NCBI GenBank assembly: GCA_963737265.1
Contig: CAVTRY010000007.1
Location: 224,001-288,000 of the forward strand
Source: an uncultured delta proteobacterium
GTDB taxonomy: Bacteria; Myxococcota_A; Polyangia; Fen-1088
Direction: 5' to 3'
DNA: 64,000 bases
This document shows positions 10,166-20,600 of this stretch, one piece after another (position 1 is the stretch's first letter; each line of letters opens with the position of its first letter). The position numbers were made by a program, and so were the translations under genes. The notes below the pieces were generated by a model that worked only from the letters and a program-made list of their open reading frames with translations, was not told where the DNA came from and ran no database searches.

Positions 10166-13100
10166 ATGCACGACGATGCAACGTTTGCCCGAAACTCTTT
10201 TCTTCTTGGAGTCGACGTCGGCTCCACGACAGTCAAGGTCGTGGTGGTCGATCCGGTGTCGCGCGAAATCTTGTGGGCGGACTACCAACGCCACCAAACC
10301 CGCCAGGCCGAAAAGGTGCTGGAGCTGCTGGAGGCGAGCTGCGAGCGTTTCCCGAGTCTTGCCACGTCGCCCGAGGCTGTTCGCGTGTTCATCACGGGCT
10401 CGGGCGCATCGCCGTTGGTCGATCCGATCGGCGCGCGCTTCGTCCAAGAGGTCAACGCCGTCACGCTGGCGGTCGAGCGGCTGTATCCTGACGTGGGCTC
10501 GGTGGTCGAGCTCGGCGGTCAGGACGCCAAGATCATCATCTTCAAGGAAGGCAAGGACGAGAGCGGACGCAGCACGGGGAAGACCGCCATCGCGTCGATG
10601 AACGACAAGTGCGCGTCCGGCACGGGCGCCACCATCGATAAGTGTTTCATCAAAGTGGGAATGCCCGCGGCCGACGCTGGGCGCCTGCGCTTCAGCGATG
10701 GGAAACTGCATCACGTCGCCGCCAAGTGCGGTGTGTTCGCGGAGACCGACATCGTCAATCTGGTCAAAGCCTCCATTCCGGCCGAGGAGATCATGTGCTC
10801 GTTGGCCGACGCCATCGTGATGCAGAACCTGTCGGTGCTCACCCGCGGCAACACCCTTCGCCACAAGGTGCTGCTGCTCGGCGGCCCCAACGCCTACCTG
10901 CCCTTCTTGCAGGACTGTTGGCGCAAGCGCATTCCCGAAACCTGGGCCTCGCGCGGCTACGCGTATCCGCAAGACGTGCCCCTCGAAACGCTCATCTTCG
11001 TTCCGCCCAAGGCGGAATACTATGCCGCGTTCGGGGCGGTGATGTACGGCGCGCAAGAGCCCAGCCAGACGGGGACGTTCCACGGATTGGACGCTTTGCG
11101 ATCCTTCATCGCCTCGGGGCGAAAGGCCAAGCTTGGCGATGCGGCGGGTCCGCCGCTGGCGCGTTCGACCACGGAGCTGGAAGACTTTCGCACGCAATAC
11201 CGCATTCCCCGTTTCGAGCCGGCCAAGCTGACACCTGGAAGCGTGGCGCGCGTCGTGGTCGGCATGGACGGCGGCTCGACGTCGTCGAAAGCCGTCGTCA
11301 TCGACGAGCAGCGAAATATCCTGAAGAAGGAGTACCAGCTTTCCAAGGGCAATCCGATCCAGGATGCGAAGGAGATCCTTTCGCGCCTCAAAGCTTGGGC
11401 CGAGAGCCAGCAGGCGACCCTGGACGTCATCGGCTTCGGTGCCACCGGGTACGCGGCGGACGTGCTGGAAAAGACCGTGCGCGCCGATGCCAATCTGGTC
11501 GAAACCGTGGCGCACATGACGTCGGCAACGACCTACTTTGGCGACGTGGACGTGGTCTGCGATATCGGCGGGCAGGACATCAAGGTGCTGTTCCTGCAAA
11601 ACGGCGACATCAAGAACTTTCGTCTGTCGAACCAATGCTCGGCCGGCAACGGCATGCTTTTGCAGGCCATGGCCGATCAGTTTGGCGTACCCATCACGGA
11701 GTACGCGAATACGGCCTTTGCCGCCACCCTGTCGCCGCGCTTCAGCTACGGCTGCGCCGTCTTTCTCGACTCCGACCGGGTAAATTTTCAGAAAGAAGGC
11801 TACGCCAAGGAAGAGCTACTGGCCGGGCTCGCGCAAGTGTTGCCCAAGAACGTCTGGCAGTACGTCGTCCAGATCCCGCGCATGGCGGCGCTTGGGCGCA
11901 GATTCGTGTTACAGGGCGGAACCCAGTACAACCTGGCGGCCGTCAAAGCCCAAGTCGACTACATCAAAGAACGCGTGCCCGGCGCGGAGGTGCTGGTGCA
12001 TCCCCACTGCGGCGAAGCGGGTGCCATCGGCGCCGCCTTCGAGGCCTTGCGCGTGGTCAAGCGGCGCGGCCATTCCACCTTCGTCGGACTCGACGCCGCC
12101 ATCAACATGGCGTGGGAGGCGCGCAACGATGAAAGCACGCGCTGTCATTTCTGCGCCAACAACTGCGCCCGCACCTTCATCGACACGCATACGCCCGACG
12201 GCGGACAGGCGCGCTACATCAGCGGATTTTCCTGCGAAAAGGGAACCGTCGAATCGAAGGACGCGATGGTCGCCATCGCGACCGAGCGCAAGTCGGTCAT
12301 GAAGCGCTTTCCCAACCTGGTCGACTATGAAGCGCGCCTGCTGTTCAAGCACTTCTACGATCCGCGCCCGCTGCCCGAGGACGGCGCGCCGATGGAGGAC
12401 ATCGAGGTACAGAAGACGCTGCTCGGCGTGCGCCGCGTGCCCATCCAGCGCGGTTTTAGGCGATCGAGCACCGAAGCTCTCGATCGGCGGCGCAAGCTCC
12501 GCATAGGAATTCCGCGTGTGCTCAACATCTGGTCCACCGCGCCCTTCTGGCGGACCTATTTGGAAACGCTCGGGCTCCCGCGCGCCAATGTTGTCTTCTC
12601 CGACACCACGTCGGAGGAAATGTGGATCGAAGGCGGCAAGTACGGCTCGGTGGATCCGTGCTTCCCCGCCAAGGTTGGGCAAGCCCACGTGCACAACTTG
12701 CTCTTTCACCATCACAAACCCGAGCTGCCGCTTCACTACATCTTCAATCCCAGCCTTACCCACGTGCCTTCCTTCGTGAAAAACGCTCAAGACTATGCCT
12801 CGTGTCCCATCGTGGCCGGTTCGCCCAACGTGCTCAAGGCGGCCTTCACCAAGGAGATGGATTTCTTTGCCCAGCGAGGGATCCGCTATCTCGACTCGGC
12901 CTTCACCTTGATTGAGCCGCACCTTCTGCGCCGACAGCTGTTCGAGGCCTTCGGCGAGATTTTACAAATCACCGAGGACGAGTCGGATTTCGCCAGCCAA
13001 GAGGCGTTCGCGGCCATGCGCCGACTCGACGAGGAGATGGAAGCGAAGGGCAGGGCAATCCTCGACGAGGTCGAACGCGACAACCGGGTGGCGCTGCTGC

Positions 13101-13837
13101 TTCTCGGCCGCCCGTACCATCTCGACCCGGGGCTTAATCACGCTGTGCTGGAAGAATTTCAATTGCTGGGCTTTCCCGTGCTCAGCATCCGCTCGATTCC
13201 CAAGGACGAATCCTACCTCGGGCGATTCTTCGCCGAGGATCTGGCCAGCGGTCGCATCAAGAGCCCGCTCGAAATCAGCGACGTGTGGCCCGAGAACTAT
13301 TCGTCGAATTCGGCCATGAAGGTGTGGGCCGCGAAATTCGCCAGCCGCCATCCGCACGTTGTGATTCTGGATCTGTCCTCGTTCAAGTGCGGGCACGATG
13401 CGCCCACCTACGGAATCATCGACAGCATCATCTCGTCGGCGGGCACGCCCTACTCGGCATTGCACGATATCGACGCCAACAAGCCCGGCGGTTCGATCAA
13501 GATCCGCGTGAAGACCTACGCGCACAGCCTGGCCCTGCACCAGGATCGCCTGGCGGATCTGTCCCGGGCGAAGGCAGAGCTTGGCCACCGGATCGATTTG
13601 AAACGCCTCGAGCTTTTGCGCCGCAAGCAACACGAGCTGGGGGCGCGCGCCTTGGGCGACACGGGCATCGCCCGCCAGATTTCAGAATTGGTCGATCGAG
13701 TAAATCGTTACGAACGCGATAACAGCAACGATGCGGAGAGTGCCAAGGCGCTGGCCGCGAACGCCACGCGCGCCGACATGGGTCTGGTCCGCCTCGGCGT
13801 TCGTCGCGACCGGTCCGATACTATCTCGCACATTTGA
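10166..13837 (+). CDS. CoA-substrate activase with two BadF/BadG/BcrA/BcrD ATPase domains plus a DUF2229 reductase/dehydratase domain (PlsA/Ger-like)
   Basis: Act1 GVDVGSTTVK...ELGGQDAK...MNDKCASGTG...CGVFAETD; Act2 GMDGGSTSSK...DIGGQDIK...NQCSAGNG...CAVF; CHFCANNC...SCEKG; Red1 GIPRVLN, CFPAK, CPIV, LLGRPYH, SFKCGHDA, IKIRVKT. Confidence 0.88.
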   Translation: MHDDATFARNSFLLGVDVGSTTVKVVVVDPVSREILWADYQRHQTRQAEKVLELLEASCERFPSLATSPEAVRVFITGSGASPLVDPIGARFVQEVNAVTLAVERLYPDVGSVVELGGQDAKIIIFKEGKDESGRSTGKTAIASMNDKCASGTGATIDKCFIKVGMPAADAGRLRFSDGKLHHVAAKCGVFAETDIVNLVKASIPAEEIMCSLADAIVMQNLSVLTRGNTLRHKVLLLGGPNAYLPFLQDCWRKRIPETWASRGYAYPQDVPLETLIFVPPKAEYYAAFGAVMYGAQEPSQTGTFHGLDALRSFIASGRKAKLGDAAGPPLARSTTELEDFRTQYRIPRFEPAKLTPGSVARVVVGMDGGSTSSKAVVIDEQRNILKKEYQLSKGNPIQDAKEILSRLKAWAESQQATLDVIGFGATGYAADVLEKTVRADANLVETVAHMTSATTYFGDVDVVCDIGGQDIKVLFLQNGDIKNFRLSNQCSAGNGMLLQAMADQFGVPITEYANTAFAATLSPRFSYGCAVFLDSDRVNFQKEGYAKEELLAGLAQVLPKNVWQYVVQIPRMAALGRRFVLQGGTQYNLAAVKAQVDYIKERVPGAEVLVHPHCGEAGAIGAAFEALRVVKRRGHSTFVGLDAAINMAWEARNDESTRCHFCANNCARTFIDTHTPDGGQARYISGFSCEKGTVESKDAMVAIATERKSVMKRFPNLVDYEARLLFKHFYDPRPLPEDGAPMEDIEVQKTLLGVRRVPIQRGFRRSSTEALDRRRKLRIGIPRVLNIWSTAPFWRTYLETLGLPRANVVFSDTTSEEMWIEGGKYGSVDPCFPAKVGQAHVHNLLFHHHKPELPLHYIFNPSLTHVPSFVKNAQDYASCPIVAGSPNVLKAAFTKEMDFFAQRGIRYLDSAFTLIEPHLLRRQLFEAFGEILQITEDESDFASQEAFAAMRRLDEEMEAKGRAILDEVERDNRVALLLLGRPYHLDPGLNHAVLEEFQLLGFPVLSIRSIPKDESYLGRFFAEDLASGRIKSPLEISDVWPENYSSNSAMKVWAAKFASRHPHVVILDLSSFKCGHDAPTYGIIDSIISSAGTPYSALHDIDANKPGGSIKIRVKTYAHSLALHQDRLADLSRAKAELGHRIDLKRLELLRRKQHELGARALGDTGIARQISELVDRVNRYERDNSNDAESAKALAANATRADMGLVRLGVRRDRSDTISHI

Positions 13838-13855
13838 TCGGGAAGGAGCAGCGTC

Positions 13856-16800
13856 ATGATCGGGAACGGGACCGAATCCGCGCAGCAGGCAAGGCGAAGC
13901 TTGCCGGTCATCAACGAACCGGCCTTCGACAGCAAAAGCGAGCTGACCGATGTGGAGAAGGAGCTGGCCGAGTTCGAACGCGAAGAGCACAAACGCCTGG
14001 GAATTCCGGCCCTCGATCGCCATTGGCGCGACGCCATGGTCAATCCGCAATTCAGCAAGAGCGAGCGGCCGAATACGACCTTGCTGGTTTCCGGATTGAC
14101 CGCCGCGCACGACCACCTGGTCAAGGCGGTGCTGAGCGGGCTTGGTTACAACGTTGAAGTCATCGATGTCCCCGACAACGAATCGCTTCGCTACGGCAAG
14201 GAATTCGGCAATCGCGGACAGTGCAACCCCACCTATTTTACCGTCGGCAACCTGGTCAAGTTCCTGACCGAACGCTGTCGCGACGAAGGTATAGAGCCCG
14301 CCCAAGCGGTGCAGCGTTACGTCTTTCTCACCGCCGGTGCATGCGGCCCGTGTCGCTTCGGCATGTACGCGACTGAATATCGCAAGGCCCTGCGCGATGC
14401 TGGCTTCGACGGCTTCCGGGTCATGCTGTTCCAGCAGCAGGGCGGCCTGGCGCAGGCAACGGGACAGGAAGCGGGCCTGGAATTCACGCCGAAATTCTTC
14501 ATTGGACTGCTCAAGGCGCTAATGGCGGGCGACGTGCTCAATGGCCTCGGCTACCGCATGCGCCCGTTCGAGGTGGAGCCGGGAAGCACGGATCAGGCAC
14601 TGGCGCGCGCCAAGGAACATGTGCAGACAGCGCTCGCTAATCGGAGCTCGCTGCTTCTGGCGCTGTTGCGCGCGCGCAAGGAAATGGCCACGGTGAAATG
14701 CGATTTCACGCGGCCCGCGCCGCGCGTTTCGATCATCGGCGAATTCTGGGCCATGACCACCGAGGGCGATGGCAATTACCGGCTGCAGCGATTCCTCGAA
14801 CAAGAAGGCGCCGAGTGCGACGTGCAGCTCGTCACCAACTGGATTCTCTACAGCGTGTGGGAAGCGCGCTACGACGCGCGCACGCGCGCCAATCTGCGCG
14901 GCAAGGACAACGCCACATCGAGCTTGAAGGGGCCCGAGTCGCGCGTGGGCTTGCACCGGGCCACTCTGTTTCTCGCGGATCGTGTGCTGCGCATGGCATT
15001 TCAGTCCTTCGCGACACTCGGCGGATTCCGCGGCTACAAGCTGCCCAACATGGACGAGATCGCCTCCGTCGCGCACCAGCACTACGACAACCGGCTGCGC
15101 GGCGGCGAAGGGCACATGGAGGTGGGAAAATTCATTCTCAACGTGCTCCACAACAAATCGCACATGACCCTGTCGGTGAAACCGTTCGGTTGCATGCCGT
15201 CGTCGGGTGTCTCGGACGGCGTGCAAAGCCTCCTCACCGCCAAGTTCCCGCAAAGCCTGTTTTGCGCCATCGAGACCTCGGGCGACGGCAAGGTCAACGT
15301 GCAGAGCCGCGTGCAGATGTCCGTGTTCAAGGCGCGCCAGAAGGCGCAGGTGGAATACCAGGAGGCGCTCGACCGCTTCGGAATCACGCGCGAGCGCCTG
15401 CAAGAATTCTTTGCGGCCCATCCGCGCTACGCGAGCCCGTTGCGCCGCTCCCCGCACGCGGGCGCTGGCACGGCCGCGGATCGCTTGGCCGAGGTCGCGC
15501 CGCTCATCGGAAAATCGCCGCTGGCGGTGCGGACGATCGAGGCGCGACGGCATGCCGAGGCCGCCGTGCGATCGGCGCGCGGCGTGGTCAGCCAGGCGCT
15601 GCGCACGGCCGAGCGGCTGCGCGCGCAGCCGTGGCCAATCCTCGAACGTTTGGAGCGTGTCAAGGCTGCGTGGCGAACGCCGGTGGCGACGCCTGCGCCG
15701 TCTGCCGACACCGTGGCGAATCATCAAGACGCCAAGCCTGTGATGGCGCCCCTTCGCTCGGCGAAGCTCGCCGTAGTGCCAGCGACCGCGCGCGACGTGC
15801 CGGCGCCGGTGCAGCAGCCAGCCAAGGCGCCACCAGTCGCCAAAGCGCCGCCTCTTCCCGTCAGCGAGCCGTCGTCCGATCCCGCCAGCGCGCTCAGCGT
15901 GGCCCGCGGCGTGGGCAACGCGGCCAAGGATTTCCATTGGCTCAAGGAAAACATACCTTGTCAGTCCGCTTGTCCGGCCCACACCGACGTTCCCGCGTAC
16001 ATGAAGGCCATCTCCGCCGGCCGCTTCGACGAGGCCTACGAAATCAATCTGCGCGACAACGTCTTTCCGGCGGTGCTCGGTCGGGTTTGCTCGCGGCCCT
16101 GCGAAGCTGCCTGCCGCCACGGCTGGAAAGGCCTCGGCGAGCCGGTGGCTATCTGCTGGAGCAAGCGCGCATCTTCCGATCTTCGCAAGGGCAAGCCGAC
16201 GGTCTTGCCACAGCTTGCTCCTCCGACGGGAAAACGCGTGGTCATCGTGGGCGCGGGCGCCGCTGGGCTCGCGGCGGCGCGCACGCTGGCGCTGCTCGGC
16301 CACGGCGTCGTCGTGCTCGAACAGCACGCGCGTCCCGGCGGCATGATGGTGCAAGACATCCCGGAATTCCGCCTGCCGCGCGACGTGGTGGAGCTCGAGA
16401 TCGAGCAGATTCGCCTGACCGGCGTCGAAATTCGTTGTGGCGTTGCCTTGGGCCGCGAGGTGACGATGGCCGAGCTCGAGGCCGAGTACGACGCCGTGAT
16501 TCTGGCCGCCGGCACTCTTCGCCCCAACACCCTCGATCTGCCTGGCAAGGAATTGCGTGGCATCGAGCACGGTCTGGATTTTCTGCTCAAGGTGAATGAA
16601 GGTGAGGCGAGCGGCGAGAAAGTCGCCTTGGGCGAGCACGTGCTCGTCATTGGCGGCGGGTTCACCGCAATGGATTGCGCCCGCACGGCGGCGCGCCTGG
16701 GCGCGAACACCGTGCAGCTCACGCCTGCGCCCGGCGGCCGCGATCAAATCCCTGCGCTCAAGCTGGCCGCGGAAACCGTGCGCGTGCTCTACCGCCGGTC

Positions 16801-17713
16801 CAAGGAAGAAATGCTCATCACCCCGGGCGAGATCGAAGACCTGCAACACGAAGGCATGGATCTGGAAATCATGGTGGCGCCAGTGGCCTACCTTGGCGAC
16901 GAAAACGGCGAAGTACGCGGCATGCGTTTCGTGCGCACGCAAATGGGACCGACCGACGCCTCGGGACGACGGCGCCCCGAACCCATCCCCGGCACCGAAT
17001 TCGAGCTGCCAGCGACCACCGTGCTGCTCGCGACCGGACAATTCCCCGACGGAACCATTGTCGGCAGCGACGGTCAGGGGCTGGTCACGCCGGACGGCTG
17101 GCTTGCCACCGGCTCCGCGCATCGAACTACGCGACCCAAGATCTTCGCTGCGGGCGACTTTGCCACCGGGGCGAGATCGCTCATCGAAGCCATCGCCCAC
17201 GCCAAGGAATGCGCCTTGGTGGTGGACGAAAATCTCGTAGGCAAGCGCCGCATGCAAGAGCTGGCGATTGTGGAAGACGCGCGCGAAACCGGACGCACGC
17301 GCGCGATGGACGAGGTGCCACGGCGAAAGATGCGGCTGCTGCCGGTGCTCGATCGCACCCTGAGCGCCGAGGTGGAGCAGGGCTTCGATCGCGAGCGCGC
17401 GACTGAGGAAACCCTGCGCTGCTACCTGTGCCACCACAAGATGGAGATCGATCCCGCCGTGTGCACCAATTGCGACCTGTGCCTCAACGTAAAGGCGCGC
17501 GCCGATTGCATCATCAAGGTCAGCTCATTCCAGTACGACGAAGCCGGTCGCATCAAGGGATTCGAGCGTGCCACCGCCGAAGACGATCATCCGCGCATCT
17601 GGATCAACCAGAACGAATGCATCCGCTGCGGTGCCTGCATCGACGTTTGCCCCGACGACGCCATCAGCTTGCAAAAGGTCAGCCTGCGAACCGTGATGAC
17701 GGCCAAAGCGTAG
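13856..17713 (+). CDS. Fusion protein: 2-hydroxyacyl-CoA dehydratase-like (PlsR/Red2) domain + Pro/Ala linker + GltD/NfnB-like FAD/NAD(P)H FeS oxidoreductase + C-terminal ferredoxin
   Basis: N-terminal GKEFGNRGQCNPTY, GACGPCRFGMY, IIGEFW, GGEG, KPFGCMP. From about 15950: PCQSACPAH, GRVCSRPCEAAC, VIVGAGAAG, VIGGGFTAMDCAR, YRRS, IFAAGD, RCYLC, CTNCDLC, CIRCGACIDVCP. Confidence 0.88.
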   Translation: MIGNGTESAQQARRSLPVINEPAFDSKSELTDVEKELAEFEREEHKRLGIPALDRHWRDAMVNPQFSKSERPNTTLLVSGLTAAHDHLVKAVLSGLGYNVEVIDVPDNESLRYGKEFGNRGQCNPTYFTVGNLVKFLTERCRDEGIEPAQAVQRYVFLTAGACGPCRFGMYATEYRKALRDAGFDGFRVMLFQQQGGLAQATGQEAGLEFTPKFFIGLLKALMAGDVLNGLGYRMRPFEVEPGSTDQALARAKEHVQTALANRSSLLLALLRARKEMATVKCDFTRPAPRVSIIGEFWAMTTEGDGNYRLQRFLEQEGAECDVQLVTNWILYSVWEARYDARTRANLRGKDNATSSLKGPESRVGLHRATLFLADRVLRMAFQSFATLGGFRGYKLPNMDEIASVAHQHYDNRLRGGEGHMEVGKFILNVLHNKSHMTLSVKPFGCMPSSGVSDGVQSLLTAKFPQSLFCAIETSGDGKVNVQSRVQMSVFKARQKAQVEYQEALDRFGITRERLQEFFAAHPRYASPLRRSPHAGAGTAADRLAEVAPLIGKSPLAVRTIEARRHAEAAVRSARGVVSQALRTAERLRAQPWPILERLERVKAAWRTPVATPAPSADTVANHQDAKPVMAPLRSAKLAVVPATARDVPAPVQQPAKAPPVAKAPPLPVSEPSSDPASALSVARGVGNAAKDFHWLKENIPCQSACPAHTDVPAYMKAISAGRFDEAYEINLRDNVFPAVLGRVCSRPCEAACRHGWKGLGEPVAICWSKRASSDLRKGKPTVLPQLAPPTGKRVVIVGAGAAGLAAARTLALLGHGVVVLEQHARPGGMMVQDIPEFRLPRDVVELEIEQIRLTGVEIRCGVALGREVTMAELEAEYDAVILAAGTLRPNTLDLPGKELRGIEHGLDFLLKVNEGEASGEKVALGEHVLVIGGGFTAMDCARTAARLGANTVQLTPAPGGRDQIPALKLAAETVRVLYRRSKEEMLITPGEIEDLQHEGMDLEIMVAPVAYLGDENGEVRGMRFVRTQMGPTDASGRRRPEPIPGTEFELPATTVLLATGQFPDGTIVGSDGQGLVTPDGWLATGSAHRTTRPKIFAAGDFATGARSLIEAIAHAKECALVVDENLVGKRRMQELAIVEDARETGRTRAMDEVPRRKMRLLPVLDRTLSAEVEQGFDRERATEETLRCYLCHHKMEIDPAVCTNCDLCLNVKARADCIIKVSSFQYDEAGRIKGFERATAEDDHPRIWINQNECIRCGACIDVCPDDAISLQKVSLRTVMTAKA

Positions 17714-18053
17714 GGGCCACGACTGGACCTGAACGCACCACGGCGTTCGCAACAAGCCAGAACAAGAGGAGCTATATCGCCGAAGCCGATCCGCGCCGCC
17801 GCGCTGGCCAAGGCCATGACCGACGAGCAGCGCGCGTGTCTGAAGTCGCTCCCATTGGCAACGGCCCCGCGCCCATTCGTTCGCCACCCATCATAGCAAG
17901 CACAACGAAGCGGACGAAATCCTGCTTACGAAGCGGCCTCGCAATCGCCGCGTCGAGGCGCCGTCCGCCAACAGGGTGAAATCACGCGACTTCGCCGCCC
18001 GGGACGGCCGGCAAAGCCCACCACCCGCTGCTGCGATAATGTTATTCTTCGCA

Positions 18054-18072
18054 GGCTAATAGAGCGTTGGGC
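18054..18072 (+). other. Putative integron attI simple site
   Basis: GGCTAAT (L box) - AGAGC (5-bp spacer) - GTTGGGC (R box, GTTRRRY), preceded by GATAATGTTAT; lies at the head of the attC array in the same orientation. Confidence 0.55.
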
Positions 18073-18093
18073 GGACGAACATCATTCTGGAAT

Positions 18094-19813
18094 GGGTGCA
18101 GATCTTGCAGACGACAATGAATTGCGGCCGAAATGCACAGCTTTGTAGACAAAAGGGGGCTCTACAAGGCACCTATGGGTTGTCAACAACCATAGATAGC
18201 CAGGAGGCCCCCAATGCAGATACAAGCACAGTCGACCGCCGCCGAGAAGCCCTTTGCTGATAGCCAGCGCTACTTTCAGCAATTCGTCCACCGCCTGTCA
18301 TCGGCGGACACCATGCGCATGACCCATGGCGAGCTGGAGCGATACATGGAGCGAGACGGCTTTGAGTTGCTGCGTGTCCTCTTTCAAGACCACCTGGATC
18401 TGCGAGGACCAGGCGAGGCACAGAGCGACGTGGTGGGCAGCGATGGCGTACGGCGGCCCCATGCGCGGATGCTCGAACGGAAGCTCAAGATTGTTTTCGG
18501 GACCGTTGAGGCCGGACGCATGGGCTACTCGGCGCACGACGCAGAGACGCTCTTTCCCCGCGATGCCGAGCTGAATCTGCCGCCGAATCTGTATTCCATG
18601 GGGTTGAGCGCCGCGTAGCCAATGAGGTCATCAAGGGATCGTTCGACTCGGCGGTAGAGTCCGTGGCCGTAACGACCGGGACGACCGTGCCCAAGCGCCA
18701 GGCGGAAGAGACGGCGGCGCGGGCGGCTGCGGACTTCGATGCTTTCTACGCAAACCGCAGTGCGGACTCGACACGCGCGGCCGCCAAGACCGGCGAGATA
18801 CTAGTGCTGACGACGGACGCCAAGGGCATCGTGATGCGGACCGAAAGCCTGCGTGAGGGAACGCGAGCGGCAGCGGAGAACAGCCAACACAAGCTCGCAA
18901 AGCACCTGAGTCCTGGCGAGAAGCGGAATCGCAAGCGGATGGCGCAAGTAGCAGCCGTGTATACGATCAACCCCTTCGTGCGCCGGCCGGAGGACGTTGT
19001 CAGGGAGATGCGGCCGAAAGCCGGCGATGCGCCGGCGCCGACTCGGCCCCGACCTGAAAACAAGCGAGTCTGGGCCAGCGTGGACAAGTCCGCCGACGAG
19101 GTGGTCGGTGCCATGTTCGCGGAAGCGCAACTTCGAGATCCCTCTGGCACCAAACAGTGGGCAGCACTGGTAGACGGGAACCCGACGCAACTCAAGCTCA
19201 TCAAGCAAAACGCCAAGCGCCTTGGCGTAGCCGTAACCATCGTGGTCGACATCATCCATGTACTGGGCTACATGTGGTCGGCCTCTCTGGCGATCAACGG
19301 CGAAGGTAGCGCCGCAGCTGAGCAGTGGGTAACCAAGCGACTTCTGGCGCTGCTGCGGGGCGAGTCAAGCAGCGTCGCTGCTGGAATGCGCCGCAGCGCC
19401 ACGCTTCGCGAAATGACCACCAAGGACCGCGCAGTCGTCGACACCTGCGCCGACTACTTGCTCAAGTACCGTGCGTACCTGCACTACGACCGCTATCTCG
19501 CCGACGGCGTGCCCATCTCAACTGGAGTCATCGAAGGCGCCTGTCGCCACTTAATCAAGGACCGAATGGACATCACCGGCGCTCGTTGGGGCCTCGCGGG
19601 TGCGGAGGCCGTCTTGAAGTTGCGCTCATTGCGCTCCAGCGGCGATCTCGATGAATACTGGGCTTTCCACGAGAGAGCCGACTATGTCCGCAACCATGCC
19701 GACCGATACAAGGCCGCGCCGCCCGCCACCATCCTGCCGTTGAACCTCACTCGCCGAGGCCACCTGCACGCAGTCAATTAGCCATCAAACCGTCGCCGAA
19801 AGGAACTGCACCC
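18094..19813 (+). mobile_element. ISKra4-family insertion sequence; no target duplication visible
   Basis: Imperfect terminal inverted repeats GGGTGCAGATCTTGCAGACGAC (left) and GGGTGCAGTTCCTTTCGGCGAC (right, reverse complement) enclose the transposase. Confidence 0.8.
18214..19781 (+). pseudogene. ISKra4-family DDE transposase with a one-base deletion at about 18597
   Basis: ORFs 18214..18618 and 18663..19781 join as LYSHGVERRVA if one C is restored. Motifs TDAKGIVMR, LVDGN, VDIIHVLGY, PISTGVIEGACRHLIKDRMDITGARW. Confidence 0.85.
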
Positions 19814-20090
19814 TTCGACGATACGGCCTTGGGTGGTACCCGTCCGTGCGCAGTTCCTCGGCGAGCTTCGCGAGAAACTCTCCTCGGCCCTGCGCCTCAA
19901 TCATCTCGAACGTCTCGTCGTCGGACCCAGGGGCTCCGCCATTGCGCTTGGCCTCCAGGTACGCCGCTTCGAGCGTATCGAGTTTCATGATGTGGACGTG
20001 CAGTCCCCCAAAGCGATGCGCAGGGGCGGACTTCGCCCGTTGGCCTATCTTCGCTCGAAGTTCTTGCAAACTGATGGTGGGCTTTGTCAT
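19814..20090 (-). pseudogene. Group II intron reverse transcriptase/maturase, N-terminal fragment (RT0 to start of RT1)
   Basis: MTKPTISLQELRAKIGQRAK...HRFGGLHVH...LEAAYLEAKRNGGAPGSDDETFEMIE...LAEELRTDGYHPRPYRR, cut by the IS end before the IPK motif. Confidence 0.85.
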
Positions 20091-20600
20091 CCCGCTCTTG
20101 CCTCGCTTCTCTGCTTCGATTGCCTCCGGCAGGGCCCCTTTGCTCCGCGGGCGTTACCCCGCTTCCTCGCTCGTACGGACCCATCCGTCAGGCTCTCGCC
20201 TTCACCGCACTTCGCCTTCCGGCTCGCGCGACTACCTTGCTTCCGTGGGTTTTCTCCACGGGGCGAGGAGCCCTTCCCTGTTTTCTCCCATGACCTTGAG
20301 CGCGTGCTGCCGTCCTTTACCCCGCCGGGCGGTGCCTCCGCAGATCGCGTTTGGAGTCACCTGCTGCCTTCGCCCCTGCTTGGCCAGCTCGGCACCCGGG
20401 GTTTCTTCATCTCGGGGCCTTGTCCAGACGTTCACTCGTCGTTGCGGCCCGCGCCCTTGCTCACCCCGCCATGCGGGGCTTTGTCGGTAGGCTTCGCCGC
20501 CAGGATTTCCCTTCTCGGCGCCACCCAAGCTATGCGGTTTCGATCTTCTACCGCTTCGGGACTTTCACCTTATGGTTTCATGGGTACCTCCAGGCATCAC
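19814..20600 (-). mobile_element. Group II intron, 5' half only (RNA domains I-III plus start of the RT ORF), inserted antisense in attC1
   Basis: Minus strand begins GTGATGCCTGG...ATAAGGTGAAAGTCCC. DIII-like GAGCGAGGAAGCGGGGTAACGCCCGCGGAGCAAAGGGG at about 20131-20175. RT ORF follows. Confidence 0.8.

Noticed and set aside
14519-17437. 972-aa minus-strand ORF and similar long antisense ORFs (e.g. 10082..11635, 26860..28563, 5425..6702)
   Set aside because: Shadow ORFs opposite well-supported genes, expected in high-GC DNA; no recognisable motifs.
17714-18053. Integron integrase upstream of attI
   Set aside because: Only about 340 bp; the minus-strand frames I read show no tyrosine recombinase motifs.
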